This document shows, piece by piece, positions 1 to 8,431 of a stretch of DNA of 64,000 nt; position 1 is the stretch's first letter, and the number at the start of each line of letters is the position of its first letter. The notes beneath the pieces are model-generated. The model was not told where the DNA came from. It made no database searches and worked only from the letters and a program-made list of their open reading frames with translations. This DNA is from an uncultured Burkholderiales bacterium (GTDB lineage: Bacteria; Actinomycetota; Acidimicrobiia; IMCC26256; JACPCJ01). The position numbers and the translations under genes are program-made. Where the stretch lies: contig CAZTOV010000001.1 in NCBI GenBank assembly GCA_964615175.1, forward strand, positions 42,439-106,438. The letters are read 5' to 3'.

Positions 1-101
1 CCGACCCCGACCTCCAGCGTGTCGTGTTTATCCGATTTTGCGGCTAATGATGAAAGTCAAGACGCAGCGGCTCCCATTTTCAAAGGAAAAAGTTGTTGTG
101 G

Positions 102-137
102 AGCGACTCGTCACGAGCGCTCGTTCGTGTACCTGGT
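102..137 (+). promoter_or_regulatory. Bipartite motif copy 1 (GCGACTCG-N15-CGTGTACCTGG); candidate ECF-type promoter of giant surface protein gene A
   Basis: Box1 at 103-110 and box2 at 126-136. Spacing is identical to the 7 other copies, while the spacer sequence is not conserved. Lies ~105 nt upstream of the ATG at 241. Confidence 0.5.
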
Positions 138-240
138 GTGGACCCAGCGATTCGACGCCGTGACGCCAGGGTGGGCGCTTCTCCCCGAGCCTGCCGACAC
201 CAGCAGGTAACCGCGGTGGCCGCGGGCGGCGGGTGAGCGA

Positions 241-3200
241 ATGGGCCTGACAGGCGGCAGCTACCGCAGCCCGAAGCGGCTCGTGATTTTCACGGCCGCC
301 GTCCTCGCGGCGCTCATCGTTTCGACGGTACCCCTTCCCGGGCAGCATGGGTTGGCTACGGTCTCTACGGCCCGAGCACAGGAGCCTCCTGAGGACGCGC
401 CGGAGGCAGTCTGGCGGGCCATGCGGCGGGACTGGCTCACCGGCTGGGACCGGCAGTCTCACGGTGAAGCTACCGACTTCGGGAAATTCACCGGTGTCGC
501 CTTTCCGAGCGCCACCGTCGGTTTCGCCACGCTCAACCCCGCCGGCGCGCAGGGTGACGGGCTCCTGAGGACAGGGGACGGGGGGTCGACCTGGGTCGGT
601 CTCCCCCAGGCGGAGAGCTTCAAGAGCCTTGACGCGTTGGGAGTCGCGTTCCTGGATGAGAACCACGGTGTGGTCGTCGGTGAGAAGGGTGGGATTACCA
701 CGACACTGGATAGCGGTGGGTCGTGGACACCCGGGGAGAGCCCTCCCGGGACCCCGGATCTCAAGGGCGTCGCCTATGCGAGCCTCGGGGTCGTCGTGGC
801 CGTCGGAGACGACCACACGATCTTGCGAAGTGGCGACGGGGGCGCGTCGTGGAAGGAGGTCCGGCACGACCCGACGGCGCCGGACCTGTTGGCGGTGGCG
901 TTCGCGCCCGACGCCCGGCAGACCGGCGTGGCCGTCGGTGAAGGCGGTGAGATGTTGTGGACAGGTGACGCCGGGCGTACGTGGACTGAGGTGGAGAGCG
1001 GGGTCGAGACGGCGCTTCGCGATGTGGCCTTCTTCGCGACCGACCCGGACGGCGCGGATCTGGGAGTGGCGGTGGGCGATGACGGTGTGATCCTGCGGAC
1101 CACCGACGGGGGCCAGAACTGGAGTGGGGAGGGCGTGCGGACCACCTTCGACGAGGTGGACCGCGACGAGCGCCCGGGTTTCCTCGGGGTGGCGCTGACC
1201 GACACGACCGGCGAGGAGGCTTCTCGTGTCGGCTACGTGGTGGGCGAGCGGCTGACCGTCCTCGAGATGCGCGATCAGGAAGGGTCCCGCTGGGTGCCGG
1301 CCCCGGTCGATGCACGGGCGCTCATCAAGACGAGCCCCTTCACCGGGTTCTCATTGGCGGGGAATCCGACGGAGCACCTCACGGCGGTGGCGGTCGGGCC
1401 GGCCCACACAGAGGAAGGCGAGCCGACCGCTGTGGCGGTGGGCAACCTCGGGGCTGTGGTCAAGCGGACGCCGCTTGACGGCGGCGAGCGACTCGTCAAT
1501 GACACGTGGTGGAGGTGCGCACCCGACGCTGTCGTCAGTCAGGCGCCTGACGCGGCCACCGAACAGGCGCCTGACGAAGTCACCGAAGCGGTGTTGTGCG
1601 ACGAAGGGGAAATGCCCATCCCGAGCGCAGAAGAGGGGACAGGCCCAACTCCGGCCGGCGAGTGCGCGTTCTCGTCGGGCCAAACCGGTGCTGAGCAATT
1701 GCCCTGCGTGGCGACCTGGCAACCTCGTCACGAGGGCGGCGAGGTTCCTGACCCCGATGGAAAGTTCCGTGAGGATACATCCCAAGAACTGTTCGTCGAT
1801 GAGAACTTCGACGAGGGGCGGCGGGTGGTGCTGCTGCGGCAGGAGAAGTCGAGCGGGGTGATCCGCGTCCTGCTCTTCGATCCGGACGGTCTCGTGCAGA
1901 AGGGGGTGGACGGGTTCGGCAACAGCGGGGAAGCGGAGTTCGCTGGTCCTAGCTTCTTCGGCTTCGAGACCGGGGTGGTCAACCTGTCGCACATCAAGAC
2001 CCGGTCGGGGCGGGGGATCCCGTCGCTGACCGACGTCAGGTTGAGCGCGTACGACCCCGGCAACCACCGATTGTTCATGGCGACGAACAACATGTGCCTG
2101 CCGACCGCGGGATGTCAGGTCGATCCGGCGATCACGTCGGTGAGCATCACGGGCGAGTTCGCGCCCGCGGTCACGACCATCCCGCGCGTCAACAGCGACC
2201 TGCGCCCCAGCCTGAGGGTCCAGAGCACGGCTTTCGATGCGGGCCGGGAGATGCTGTACGTCGTCACCGAGACGAGCCCCGTCCACGACCAGATCGTCGG
2301 CCTTCACACGCCCCAGGAAGCGGCCACGACGGTGCAGGTCACGTTGCACGCCTTCGACGCGGGCGACGATCCGGCGACGCCCGAGGTGGATGAGAGCGAG
2401 GACGGCGGCCTGGTGCGCCGGTGGGCGGTGCCGGTGGAGGACCGCGGGTGCCGGACCACGTTCAACCTGCCCGGCTTGGGGGTGAGCCACGACGGTGATT
2501 CCATCGCCTTCGCGTGCCAGGGCCACTCGACGCCGTATTTCATGAACCCGCCGTTCGAGCCCCACAAGATCGTCAACGTAAACCTCAACCTGCGTGGGCA
2601 ACGCCACCCGCGTGAGCTGCAACCGAACCTTCCGGGTGACGTGACGGTCGACGTGGAGCCGATCAGCGGTGGGCTGGGCTTCCAAGAGGGCCCCCCGTTC
2701 TTCACGCATGTGATCCCGGAGCGGGAGTTGCTGGCGTGGACCCAACCGAACAGCGGGGCCACGCTCTACGACTACGAGGCCGGCGGCTGGATCGGTTCGG
2801 TGCCGGTGCCCGGCATCCAGCACATGGAGGGCGACGCGAGGACGGGCCGCCTGTACGCGGCATGCAGCAAGTGTCTTCAGAACGGGACAGAGCCGGGGTT
2901 GGTCATGGCCGACACGGTCAATCTCCCGGTCGACGACCTGGCGGCCAGGGTCTCGCCCGAACCGCACGTCAACAATCCCGGCAACGACGAGGATATCTCG
3001 CCGGCGATGGCGGTGGTGAGCCCGCGTCGCGGTGAGTCCGGCTCGACGCGATTGTTGGCCGCGGACCACTCGAAACCGTCGGTGCACATCTATGAGGACG
3101 CGGTGCCGCCGGCGCAGTTCCTCGAGAGCCCCGACCCCGATTCGGCGACCCGCGACATCGACGAGGCGGAGGCGTCGTCGGTGACGCGGATCGGTCGGGC

Positions 3201-5715
3201 GTCGGGGTATGGCGCCCGGGTGTGGTGGACGGGCCTGTCGACCGTGCTTCCGGGCGTGAAAGTGGATCCCTCGAAGACCAGTACCGCCGAGCCGTCTCTC
3301 ACCTACGACTGGCTGCTCAACAATCCGGGCAGTGAAGGCCGGAACTTCTTCGGTCCGCATCTGAGCGCGACTCCGGCACCACCCCATTCCGGGCAGCGGG
3401 AGTTGCGGTTGGGTGCGGTTCGTGACGCGGTGTTGGAGAACGGGTTGTCGGAGGCGGAGGCGGTGGGGTTGTTCTACGACGGGGGGCCGGCCGATTCGGA
3501 GGGTGGTGGCACGGGCGAGGATGTGAAGCGCCGGCGTGGTGGCGATGTGCACGATTTCTTCGACGCGCAGGTCGACGGGTTCTGTCGGAACGCGCCGTTC
3601 GGGTTCGGTGACCGGGAGGAGTGCGCGGAGTTCCAATCCAGGTTCCAGGACCACCACGAGGGCGATCCCGGCGATCCCGACGACGACGGGTTCGATGGGG
3701 AGTTCGGGCCGTATGAGGCGGGGTTCGAGGAGTTCGTGGATCGGGGGATGCGGGAGGTGGATGGTGACCGCCGCTTGGAGGGCGGGTGCCGGCCGCGTGA
3801 GGACCGCAACGGCGACGGGCGGATCGACGAGCAGGACAACAACGGGCGGTTCGAGCAGGCGGACGACCCGGACACGCAGGGTGTGAACGAGGCGGACTGC
3901 TGGGAGGAGTTCGACGGCGACGACCCGCGCTGCGACGAGGATGCCGACGGCAACGTCGATTGCAGTGATCAGGGGAGTGTGGAGGAGGACGCGGGGGTGA
4001 CGTACGCGTCGGAGTGCGCGGACCCGGGGTCCAAGGACGCGTCGTTCGCCGGGTCACAGACGTCGTGTAAGCAGGCCGAGTTCGGTCGCACCGAGGCGAG
4101 CGCGCAGCTCGAGCCGCTGGTGTTCACCCCCCGCGACGGGTCGGAGGCGTCGACGAGCTTCTCGGTGGGGGCGTCGGGGTCGGAGACCCGGGTGTTCCGT
4201 GATCTCGACGAGGGGATGGTGGTGGAGGTGACGGCCACCGCCTCGGACGTGGAGGTGGGGGTGCCGGAGAGGGGGTCGTTGTCGATCGGGGAGGTGCGCA
4301 CGACCGCCCGCGCCAAGGCGAAGGGCCGGCCGGGGACGGCGGGTTCGTGGGTCGAGATCCTCTACGAGGACGTGGTGATCCGCGATGCGGAGGGCGAGAC
4401 CCGACTGGCGTGTGGCCGTTCGGACCCGAATGCGGGTGCTTTGGGGGCTGATCCCGAGGCGGGCGCCGACAACCTCGACCGGGACGGCGACGGCGAGGCG
4501 GACGGCGACGACGCCCTGTACGCGGCGGGGTTGACGCCCGACGAACGGTTCGGCGGCGACGACGGGGATGCGGCGGCGGTGGCGTGCGACCCGCATCGGG
4601 TGGTCGAGGTGATCAACTCGGTGTTCACCGATCGGGTGCGGGCGACGACCTCGGGTCGGGACATGCGGCCGAAGTTCATGGGGAGCCCGGGCGGGGCGCA
4701 GGCGATCGTGCAGCGCGACCCGGTGGACCAGATGTCGGACCAGGTGATCAACGAGATCTTCGGGCTGGAGGAGCTGCCGGGCCTCCAGTTGACGATCTAC
4801 AACGACGGGTTCCGCGCCAACCGCGTCCAGATCGACCTGGCGGCGGTGTTCGCCGAATCGAAATACCAGATCGGTGATCCCCGCGGCGAGGTGGTGGAGA
4901 CGCCGGGGTCGGTGACGGTCGAGTTGTCCGACCCGGCGGGAGCGCCGCTGGCGGGTGGCCAGTTCGCGCTGGTCGCCGACAGGAACGGTGACGGCGCGCG
5001 GGGGTCCGGCGACGCGGTCGAGGACCAGTGCACGACCGGCGCTGGGGGGACATGTGGCTTCGGCGAGGTGGACGCGGGGTCGTACCTGGTGATGCAGCGC
5101 TCCGCGCCGCCCGGCTTCCTGGCCGAGGGCGCGCCGGCGCCGGTGTTCGTCTCGCAGGGAGCGAGCCAGACGGTCAGTTTTGTGAACGCGCCGAACTCGG
5201 CGGCAGTCGAGGTGCGCCTCGTCGACCCGACAGGGAACCCGCTGGCGGGCGGCGAGTTCGCGCTCGTCGGCGACGTGGACGGCGACGCGGCGCTGGACCC
5301 GACCGATCGGGTGGCGGGCTCGTGTGCGACCGGCGGCGCGGGCACCTGCCGCTTCGACCAGGTGGCGCTGGGAGCGTACGTGCTGCACCAGGGCGCCGCG
5401 CCGGGGGGCCTTCAGACCGCGGACGACATCGCGTTCTCGCTCGCCAACCCAGGTCAGGTGGCGCGGATCACCGTGGTCAACGGGCCTTCGGTGGCGAGCG
5501 GACGGGTGGAGATCATCGAGATCATCCATTCGCGCCCGACCTCGTCGGGGGACAACCCGTTCTGGCTCACACAACTCCCCGGGGCGCTGGCAGCGATCCT
5601 GCTGCGCGGATGGCTGCAAGCGTTGCTCTTCGCCCTCACCGGCCTGCTGTTCGGCGCGCCCGCCTATTTGGCACACCGCCGACGCGAGCTGGAAATAGCC
5701 AAGGAGGCCAGCTGA
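241..5715 (+). CDS. Giant surface-anchored BNR-repeat / TSP3-like Ca-binding / Cna-B(SpaA)-like domain protein, paralog A
   Basis: 1824-aa ORF with an N-terminal hydrophobic signal/anchor (VIFTAAVLAALIVSTVPLPG). Five Asp-box motifs (TGDGGSTW, TLDSGGSW, SGDGGASW, TGDAGRTW, TTDGGQNW). Acidic D-x-D-x-D-G runs (DRNGDGRIDEQDNNG, DEDADGNVDC, DRDGDGEADGDD). Two C-terminal prealbumin-fold-like repeats (PAGAPLAGGQFALV..GSYLVMQRSAPPGF and PTGNPLAGGEFALV..GAYVLHQGAAPGG). C-terminal TM helix plus HRRRE tail. ATG 241 is the first start after an in-frame TAA at 208. Confidence 0.9.
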   Translation: MGLTGGSYRSPKRLVIFTAAVLAALIVSTVPLPGQHGLATVSTARAQEPPEDAPEAVWRAMRRDWLTGWDRQSHGEATDFGKFTGVAFPSATVGFATLNPAGAQGDGLLRTGDGGSTWVGLPQAESFKSLDALGVAFLDENHGVVVGEKGGITTTLDSGGSWTPGESPPGTPDLKGVAYASLGVVVAVGDDHTILRSGDGGASWKEVRHDPTAPDLLAVAFAPDARQTGVAVGEGGEMLWTGDAGRTWTEVESGVETALRDVAFFATDPDGADLGVAVGDDGVILRTTDGGQNWSGEGVRTTFDEVDRDERPGFLGVALTDTTGEEASRVGYVVGERLTVLEMRDQEGSRWVPAPVDARALIKTSPFTGFSLAGNPTEHLTAVAVGPAHTEEGEPTAVAVGNLGAVVKRTPLDGGERLVNDTWWRCAPDAVVSQAPDAATEQAPDEVTEAVLCDEGEMPIPSAEEGTGPTPAGECAFSSGQTGAEQLPCVATWQPRHEGGEVPDPDGKFREDTSQELFVDENFDEGRRVVLLRQEKSSGVIRVLLFDPDGLVQKGVDGFGNSGEAEFAGPSFFGFETGVVNLSHIKTRSGRGIPSLTDVRLSAYDPGNHRLFMATNNMCLPTAGCQVDPAITSVSITGEFAPAVTTIPRVNSDLRPSLRVQSTAFDAGREMLYVVTETSPVHDQIVGLHTPQEAATTVQVTLHAFDAGDDPATPEVDESEDGGLVRRWAVPVEDRGCRTTFNLPGLGVSHDGDSIAFACQGHSTPYFMNPPFEPHKIVNVNLNLRGQRHPRELQPNLPGDVTVDVEPISGGLGFQEGPPFFTHVIPERELLAWTQPNSGATLYDYEAGGWIGSVPVPGIQHMEGDARTGRLYAACSKCLQNGTEPGLVMADTVNLPVDDLAARVSPEPHVNNPGNDEDISPAMAVVSPRRGESGSTRLLAADHSKPSVHIYEDAVPPAQFLESPDPDSATRDIDEAEASSVTRIGRASGYGARVWWTGLSTVLPGVKVDPSKTSTAEPSLTYDWLLNNPGSEGRNFFGPHLSATPAPPHSGQRELRLGAVRDAVLENGLSEAEAVGLFYDGGPADSEGGGTGEDVKRRRGGDVHDFFDAQVDGFCRNAPFGFGDREECAEFQSRFQDHHEGDPGDPDDDGFDGEFGPYEAGFEEFVDRGMREVDGDRRLEGGCRPREDRNGDGRIDEQDNNGRFEQADDPDTQGVNEADCWEEFDGDDPRCDEDADGNVDCSDQGSVEEDAGVTYASECADPGSKDASFAGSQTSCKQAEFGRTEASAQLEPLVFTPRDGSEASTSFSVGASGSETRVFRDLDEGMVVEVTATASDVEVGVPERGSLSIGEVRTTARAKAKGRPGTAGSWVEILYEDVVIRDAEGETRLACGRSDPNAGALGADPEAGADNLDRDGDGEADGDDALYAAGLTPDERFGGDDGDAAAVACDPHRVVEVINSVFTDRVRATTSGRDMRPKFMGSPGGAQAIVQRDPVDQMSDQVINEIFGLEELPGLQLTIYNDGFRANRVQIDLAAVFAESKYQIGDPRGEVVETPGSVTVELSDPAGAPLAGGQFALVADRNGDGARGSGDAVEDQCTTGAGGTCGFGEVDAGSYLVMQRSAPPGFLAEGAPAPVFVSQGASQTVSFVNAPNSAAVEVRLVDPTGNPLAGGEFALVGDVDGDAALDPTDRVAGSCATGGAGTCRFDQVALGAYVLHQGAAPGGLQTADDIAFSLANPGQVARITVVNGPSVASGRVEIIEIIHSRPTSSGDNPFWLTQLPGALAAILLRGWLQALLFALTGLLFGAPAYLAHRRRELEIAKEAS

Positions 5716-5836
5716 TGGACCAGCCGATCATCGGCAGCCGGCACCGCGCCGCCCGAGCCCTCTCGGGCGTCGGCGACACCGCCGGCCGCCACAGAGTTCG
5801 AGTTCACAAGTCTCGAGTACATGGAGGAAACTTCCG

Positions 5837-7450
5837 ATGAACGAGCGTGCAGCTTCGATGGCGGGTCCGCCGTCGGGAGCCAACCGGATCAACATGACGT
5901 CGATGCTGGCGGGCTTTGCCCTCGGCGCGGTGTTGGCGAGCCTCGCCTGGGTGCAGGTGGTGCCGGGCGAGACGTCGCCGCAGGCGGTGGACGCGGGCAA
6001 CTTCGTGCCCGTGTACCCGGGCGAGCCGGTCCCCGGCGGCGAGGACGGCGACGGCGGCCCGCAGGTGGAGCGCCGCGTCGTCGGGTCGGGCGGTGACGCG
6101 GCCGACGGCGGCGATGTCGGCGGTGGCGTGGACGTCGACGGCGGCGCCGGACCCGGTGCGGTCGGCGGCGGCGGTGGCGGGCCCGGGGGCTCGGGCTCGG
6201 CGCCGGGGGTGAGCGACCAGGCGATCCGGTTCGGGGCCACCTACGTGTCCGGGGGGATCGCCGAGGGGTTCCTCGGCGAGGTGCGCGACGCCATGGAGGC
6301 GGTGCGCAACCGGGTCAACAAGTCCGGGGGCGTGCACGGCCGCCAGATCGAGATCGACTACAAGGCCGACGACTGGGTGCCCGACACCGGCAAGCGGTTC
6401 ATCGAGAACCTGATCAAGGACGGCGTGTTCGCGTTCGCCGTCTCCCCGTCGTCGGAGGGCCTCAACCAGGCGTCGCTGGCGAACCTGTTCAAGGACAACG
6501 GCGTGCCGGTGGTGGGCGCCGACGGGCTGAACAACACCCAATTCCTCGACCCGTGGATCTGGCCGGTGGCGACGGCGACCACCACCAACGTGCACATCAT
6601 CATGAAGGAGGCGCACGAGCGGGCGGAGAAGGCGGGGACGGAGCTGCATCCCGCCATCGTGTTCGGGAACACCTACCGCTTCGGCGTCGAGGGCGCGTAC
6701 GCGTTCAACCAGGCGTACGAGCGCCTCTCGGACGAGGACATTCCCGGCTACGGCGACGGCGAGACGAGCTGCAAGCCCAACTCGCGTTACTGCGGGATCC
6801 CCGGCGACTTCAGCCAGGGCCCCCAGACCGGCGCGGTCGAGGACGCCTGCAAGGCGCAGGGCGAGGACCTGCCCAAGTGCAACTTCCTGCTGCTGCTCCT
6901 CGAGCCGGCGACGGCACAGAACTGGATGGAGAACTTCCGGATGGGCCCGAGCGACTTCTCGTTGGGGATGGCCGGCGCGCAGCCGCTGTTCACGACCGAC
7001 TTCGGCAACGGCTGCGGCAAGCGGTGCGAGGGCATGGTCGTGTGGACCGGCTACAACCCGCCGACCGGTGAGTTCACCCAGCGCGACGAGGTGGTCCGCT
7101 ACACCCGCGACTTCAAGCAGCAGAAGAACAACGCCGACGTCCACAACCAGTTCTCGCTCGGCGGCTACATCGGGATGGAGCTGCTGGTGCAGGCCCTCGA
7201 GGAGGCCGGACCCGACCTGACGCGGAAGCGCCTGGTCGAGGCGCTCAACTCGACGACCCTCGAGACCGGTCTGACGGCGTCGCCGAAGCTGTCGTGGTCG
7301 TCGTCGAAGCGGTACGCCAACGCGCACGCCCACGGCTACGAGATGACCTGGAACACGGCGCAGGGCAAGTTCGCCGGGTTCGTCAGAAAGTCCGGCGACT
7401 ATGTCGAGGACCCGTGGATCGGTCAAGACAACCGGCCGCCCGGGTCGTAG
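5837..7450 (+). CDS. Branched-chain-amino-acid-type (LivK/Leu-Ile-Val-binding family) ABC transporter substrate-binding protein with Gly/Asp-rich N-terminal linker
   Basis: 537-aa ORF with an N-terminal TM/signal (MLAGFALGAVLASLAWV), then a G/D low-complexity tract, then a periplasmic-binding-protein type-I-like body. First gene of the permease/ATPase operon. Confidence 0.8.
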   Translation: MNERAASMAGPPSGANRINMTSMLAGFALGAVLASLAWVQVVPGETSPQAVDAGNFVPVYPGEPVPGGEDGDGGPQVERRVVGSGGDAADGGDVGGGVDVDGGAGPGAVGGGGGGPGGSGSAPGVSDQAIRFGATYVSGGIAEGFLGEVRDAMEAVRNRVNKSGGVHGRQIEIDYKADDWVPDTGKRFIENLIKDGVFAFAVSPSSEGLNQASLANLFKDNGVPVVGADGLNNTQFLDPWIWPVATATTTNVHIIMKEAHERAEKAGTELHPAIVFGNTYRFGVEGAYAFNQAYERLSDEDIPGYGDGETSCKPNSRYCGIPGDFSQGPQTGAVEDACKAQGEDLPKCNFLLLLLEPATAQNWMENFRMGPSDFSLGMAGAQPLFTTDFGNGCGKRCEGMVVWTGYNPPTGEFTQRDEVVRYTRDFKQQKNNADVHNQFSLGGYIGMELLVQALEEAGPDLTRKRLVEALNSTTLETGLTASPKLSWSSSKRYANAHAHGYEMTWNTAQGKFAGFVRKSGDYVEDPWIGQDNRPPGS

Positions 7451-7458
7451 GAGCACCG

Positions 7459-8367
7459 ATGTCGTTCTTCCTCACTCAACTGGTGCTCGCGACCCCCCTG
7501 GTGGCGGCCTACGCGCTGTTCGCGCTCGGCATCGTGCTCATCTACCGGGCGTCGCGGGTGCTGAACCTCGCCCACGGGGTGATGGCCATGCTGCCCGCCT
7601 ACGCGGTGTTCGAGCTGCGAGGCAAGGGGGTCCCCCTCCCCCTCGCGGTGATCGCCGGCGTGGCGGTCGGGGCGCTCCTGGGCGTGGCGGTGGAGCGGAT
7701 CTTCGTCCGCCGGCTCCGGTCGGTCTCGCCGACCGCGCAGACCGTCGGCACCGTCGCCGTCTACGGGCTGGTCATCGCCTTGGCAGCGAAGTTCTTCGGC
7801 ACCGCGCCCCGCAACTCGCCGGCGCTGTTCGGCGAGGGCGAGGTGGTGATGGGCCCGGTCGCGTTCCGCCTCGACCAGGTGGGCCTGATCGTGGTGGCGG
7901 TCGGGCTGACCGTGGCGCTGTTCGCCACGTTCAAGTTCACGTCGCTGGGCCTGGCGATGCGAGGCTCGGCGTCGAACCGGACGGCCGCCGCGCTGGTGGG
8001 CGTCGATCCCGACCGCACCACCCAGGTCGCCTGGGCACTCGGCGGCGGTCTCGCCGCCGTGGCGGGGATCATGCTCGCCGCGTTGATCTCGCTCGAGCCG
8101 TTCGGCTTCCCACTCCAGGCGCTCCCCGGGTTCGTGGCCGCCCTGATCGGCGGGTTGGGCTCGCTGCCCGGCGCGCTCGTGGGCGCCGCAGTGGTCGGGT
8201 ACGCCACCGGCGGGGTTCCCGGGCTCGGGGTGATCCCCCTCTTCGACAACTTCGTGTCGTCGATCGGCGCGGCCCAGGCCGTGCTGGCCCTGGTGGCGTT
8301 CGTGGTGATGGCGCGACGCGGCGAGCGCCTCTCGGCCGGCGACGTGCGCTCGGCGGCGCTCACATGA
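7459..8367 (+). CDS. LivH-like ABC transporter permease
   Basis: ATG at 7459 (MSFFLTQLVLATPLVAAYALFALGIVLIYRASRVLNLAHG) is the typical LivH N-terminus and lies 9 nt after the SBP stop. Polytopic hydrophobic protein. The ORF-track start at 7294 overlaps the SBP gene and is unlikely. Confidence 0.85.
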   Translation: MSFFLTQLVLATPLVAAYALFALGIVLIYRASRVLNLAHGVMAMLPAYAVFELRGKGVPLPLAVIAGVAVGALLGVAVERIFVRRLRSVSPTAQTVGTVAVYGLVIALAAKFFGTAPRNSPALFGEGEVVMGPVAFRLDQVGLIVVAVGLTVALFATFKFTSLGLAMRGSASNRTAAALVGVDPDRTTQVAWALGGGLAAVAGIMLAALISLEPFGFPLQALPGFVAALIGGLGSLPGALVGAAVVGYATGGVPGLGVIPLFDNFVSSIGAAQAVLALVAFVVMARRGERLSAGDVRSAALT

Positions 8368-8431
8368 GCGCGCCGGCACCGCGGCGTCGCGGCCAAGCAC
8401 ACCGCTCGGAGGAGCAAGCGGAGGTGGCGGC

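Noticed and set aside
1351-3657. Very long antisense or alternative-frame ORFs throughout the window. Examples are 1351-3657(-), 4054-5676(-), 8360-10552(-), 16080-17657(-), 17709-19889(-), 20479-23067(-), 25681-28827(-), 45315-47483(-), 48244-49827(-) and 59794-61689(-).
   Set aside because: Their translations are dominated by Arg/Pro/Gly/Ala/His runs typical of non-coding frames in high-GC DNA. They contain no motifs, and each overlaps an opposite-strand ORF with clear domain signatures.
5560-5640. TQLPGALAA near the C-terminus of the giant proteins as a possible sortase (LPXTG-like) signal.
   Set aside because: It lacks the T-G dipeptide. The following helix plus HRRRE tail is adequately explained as a simple TM anchor. 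A genuine LPRTG signal exists in the 51689 gene for comparison.
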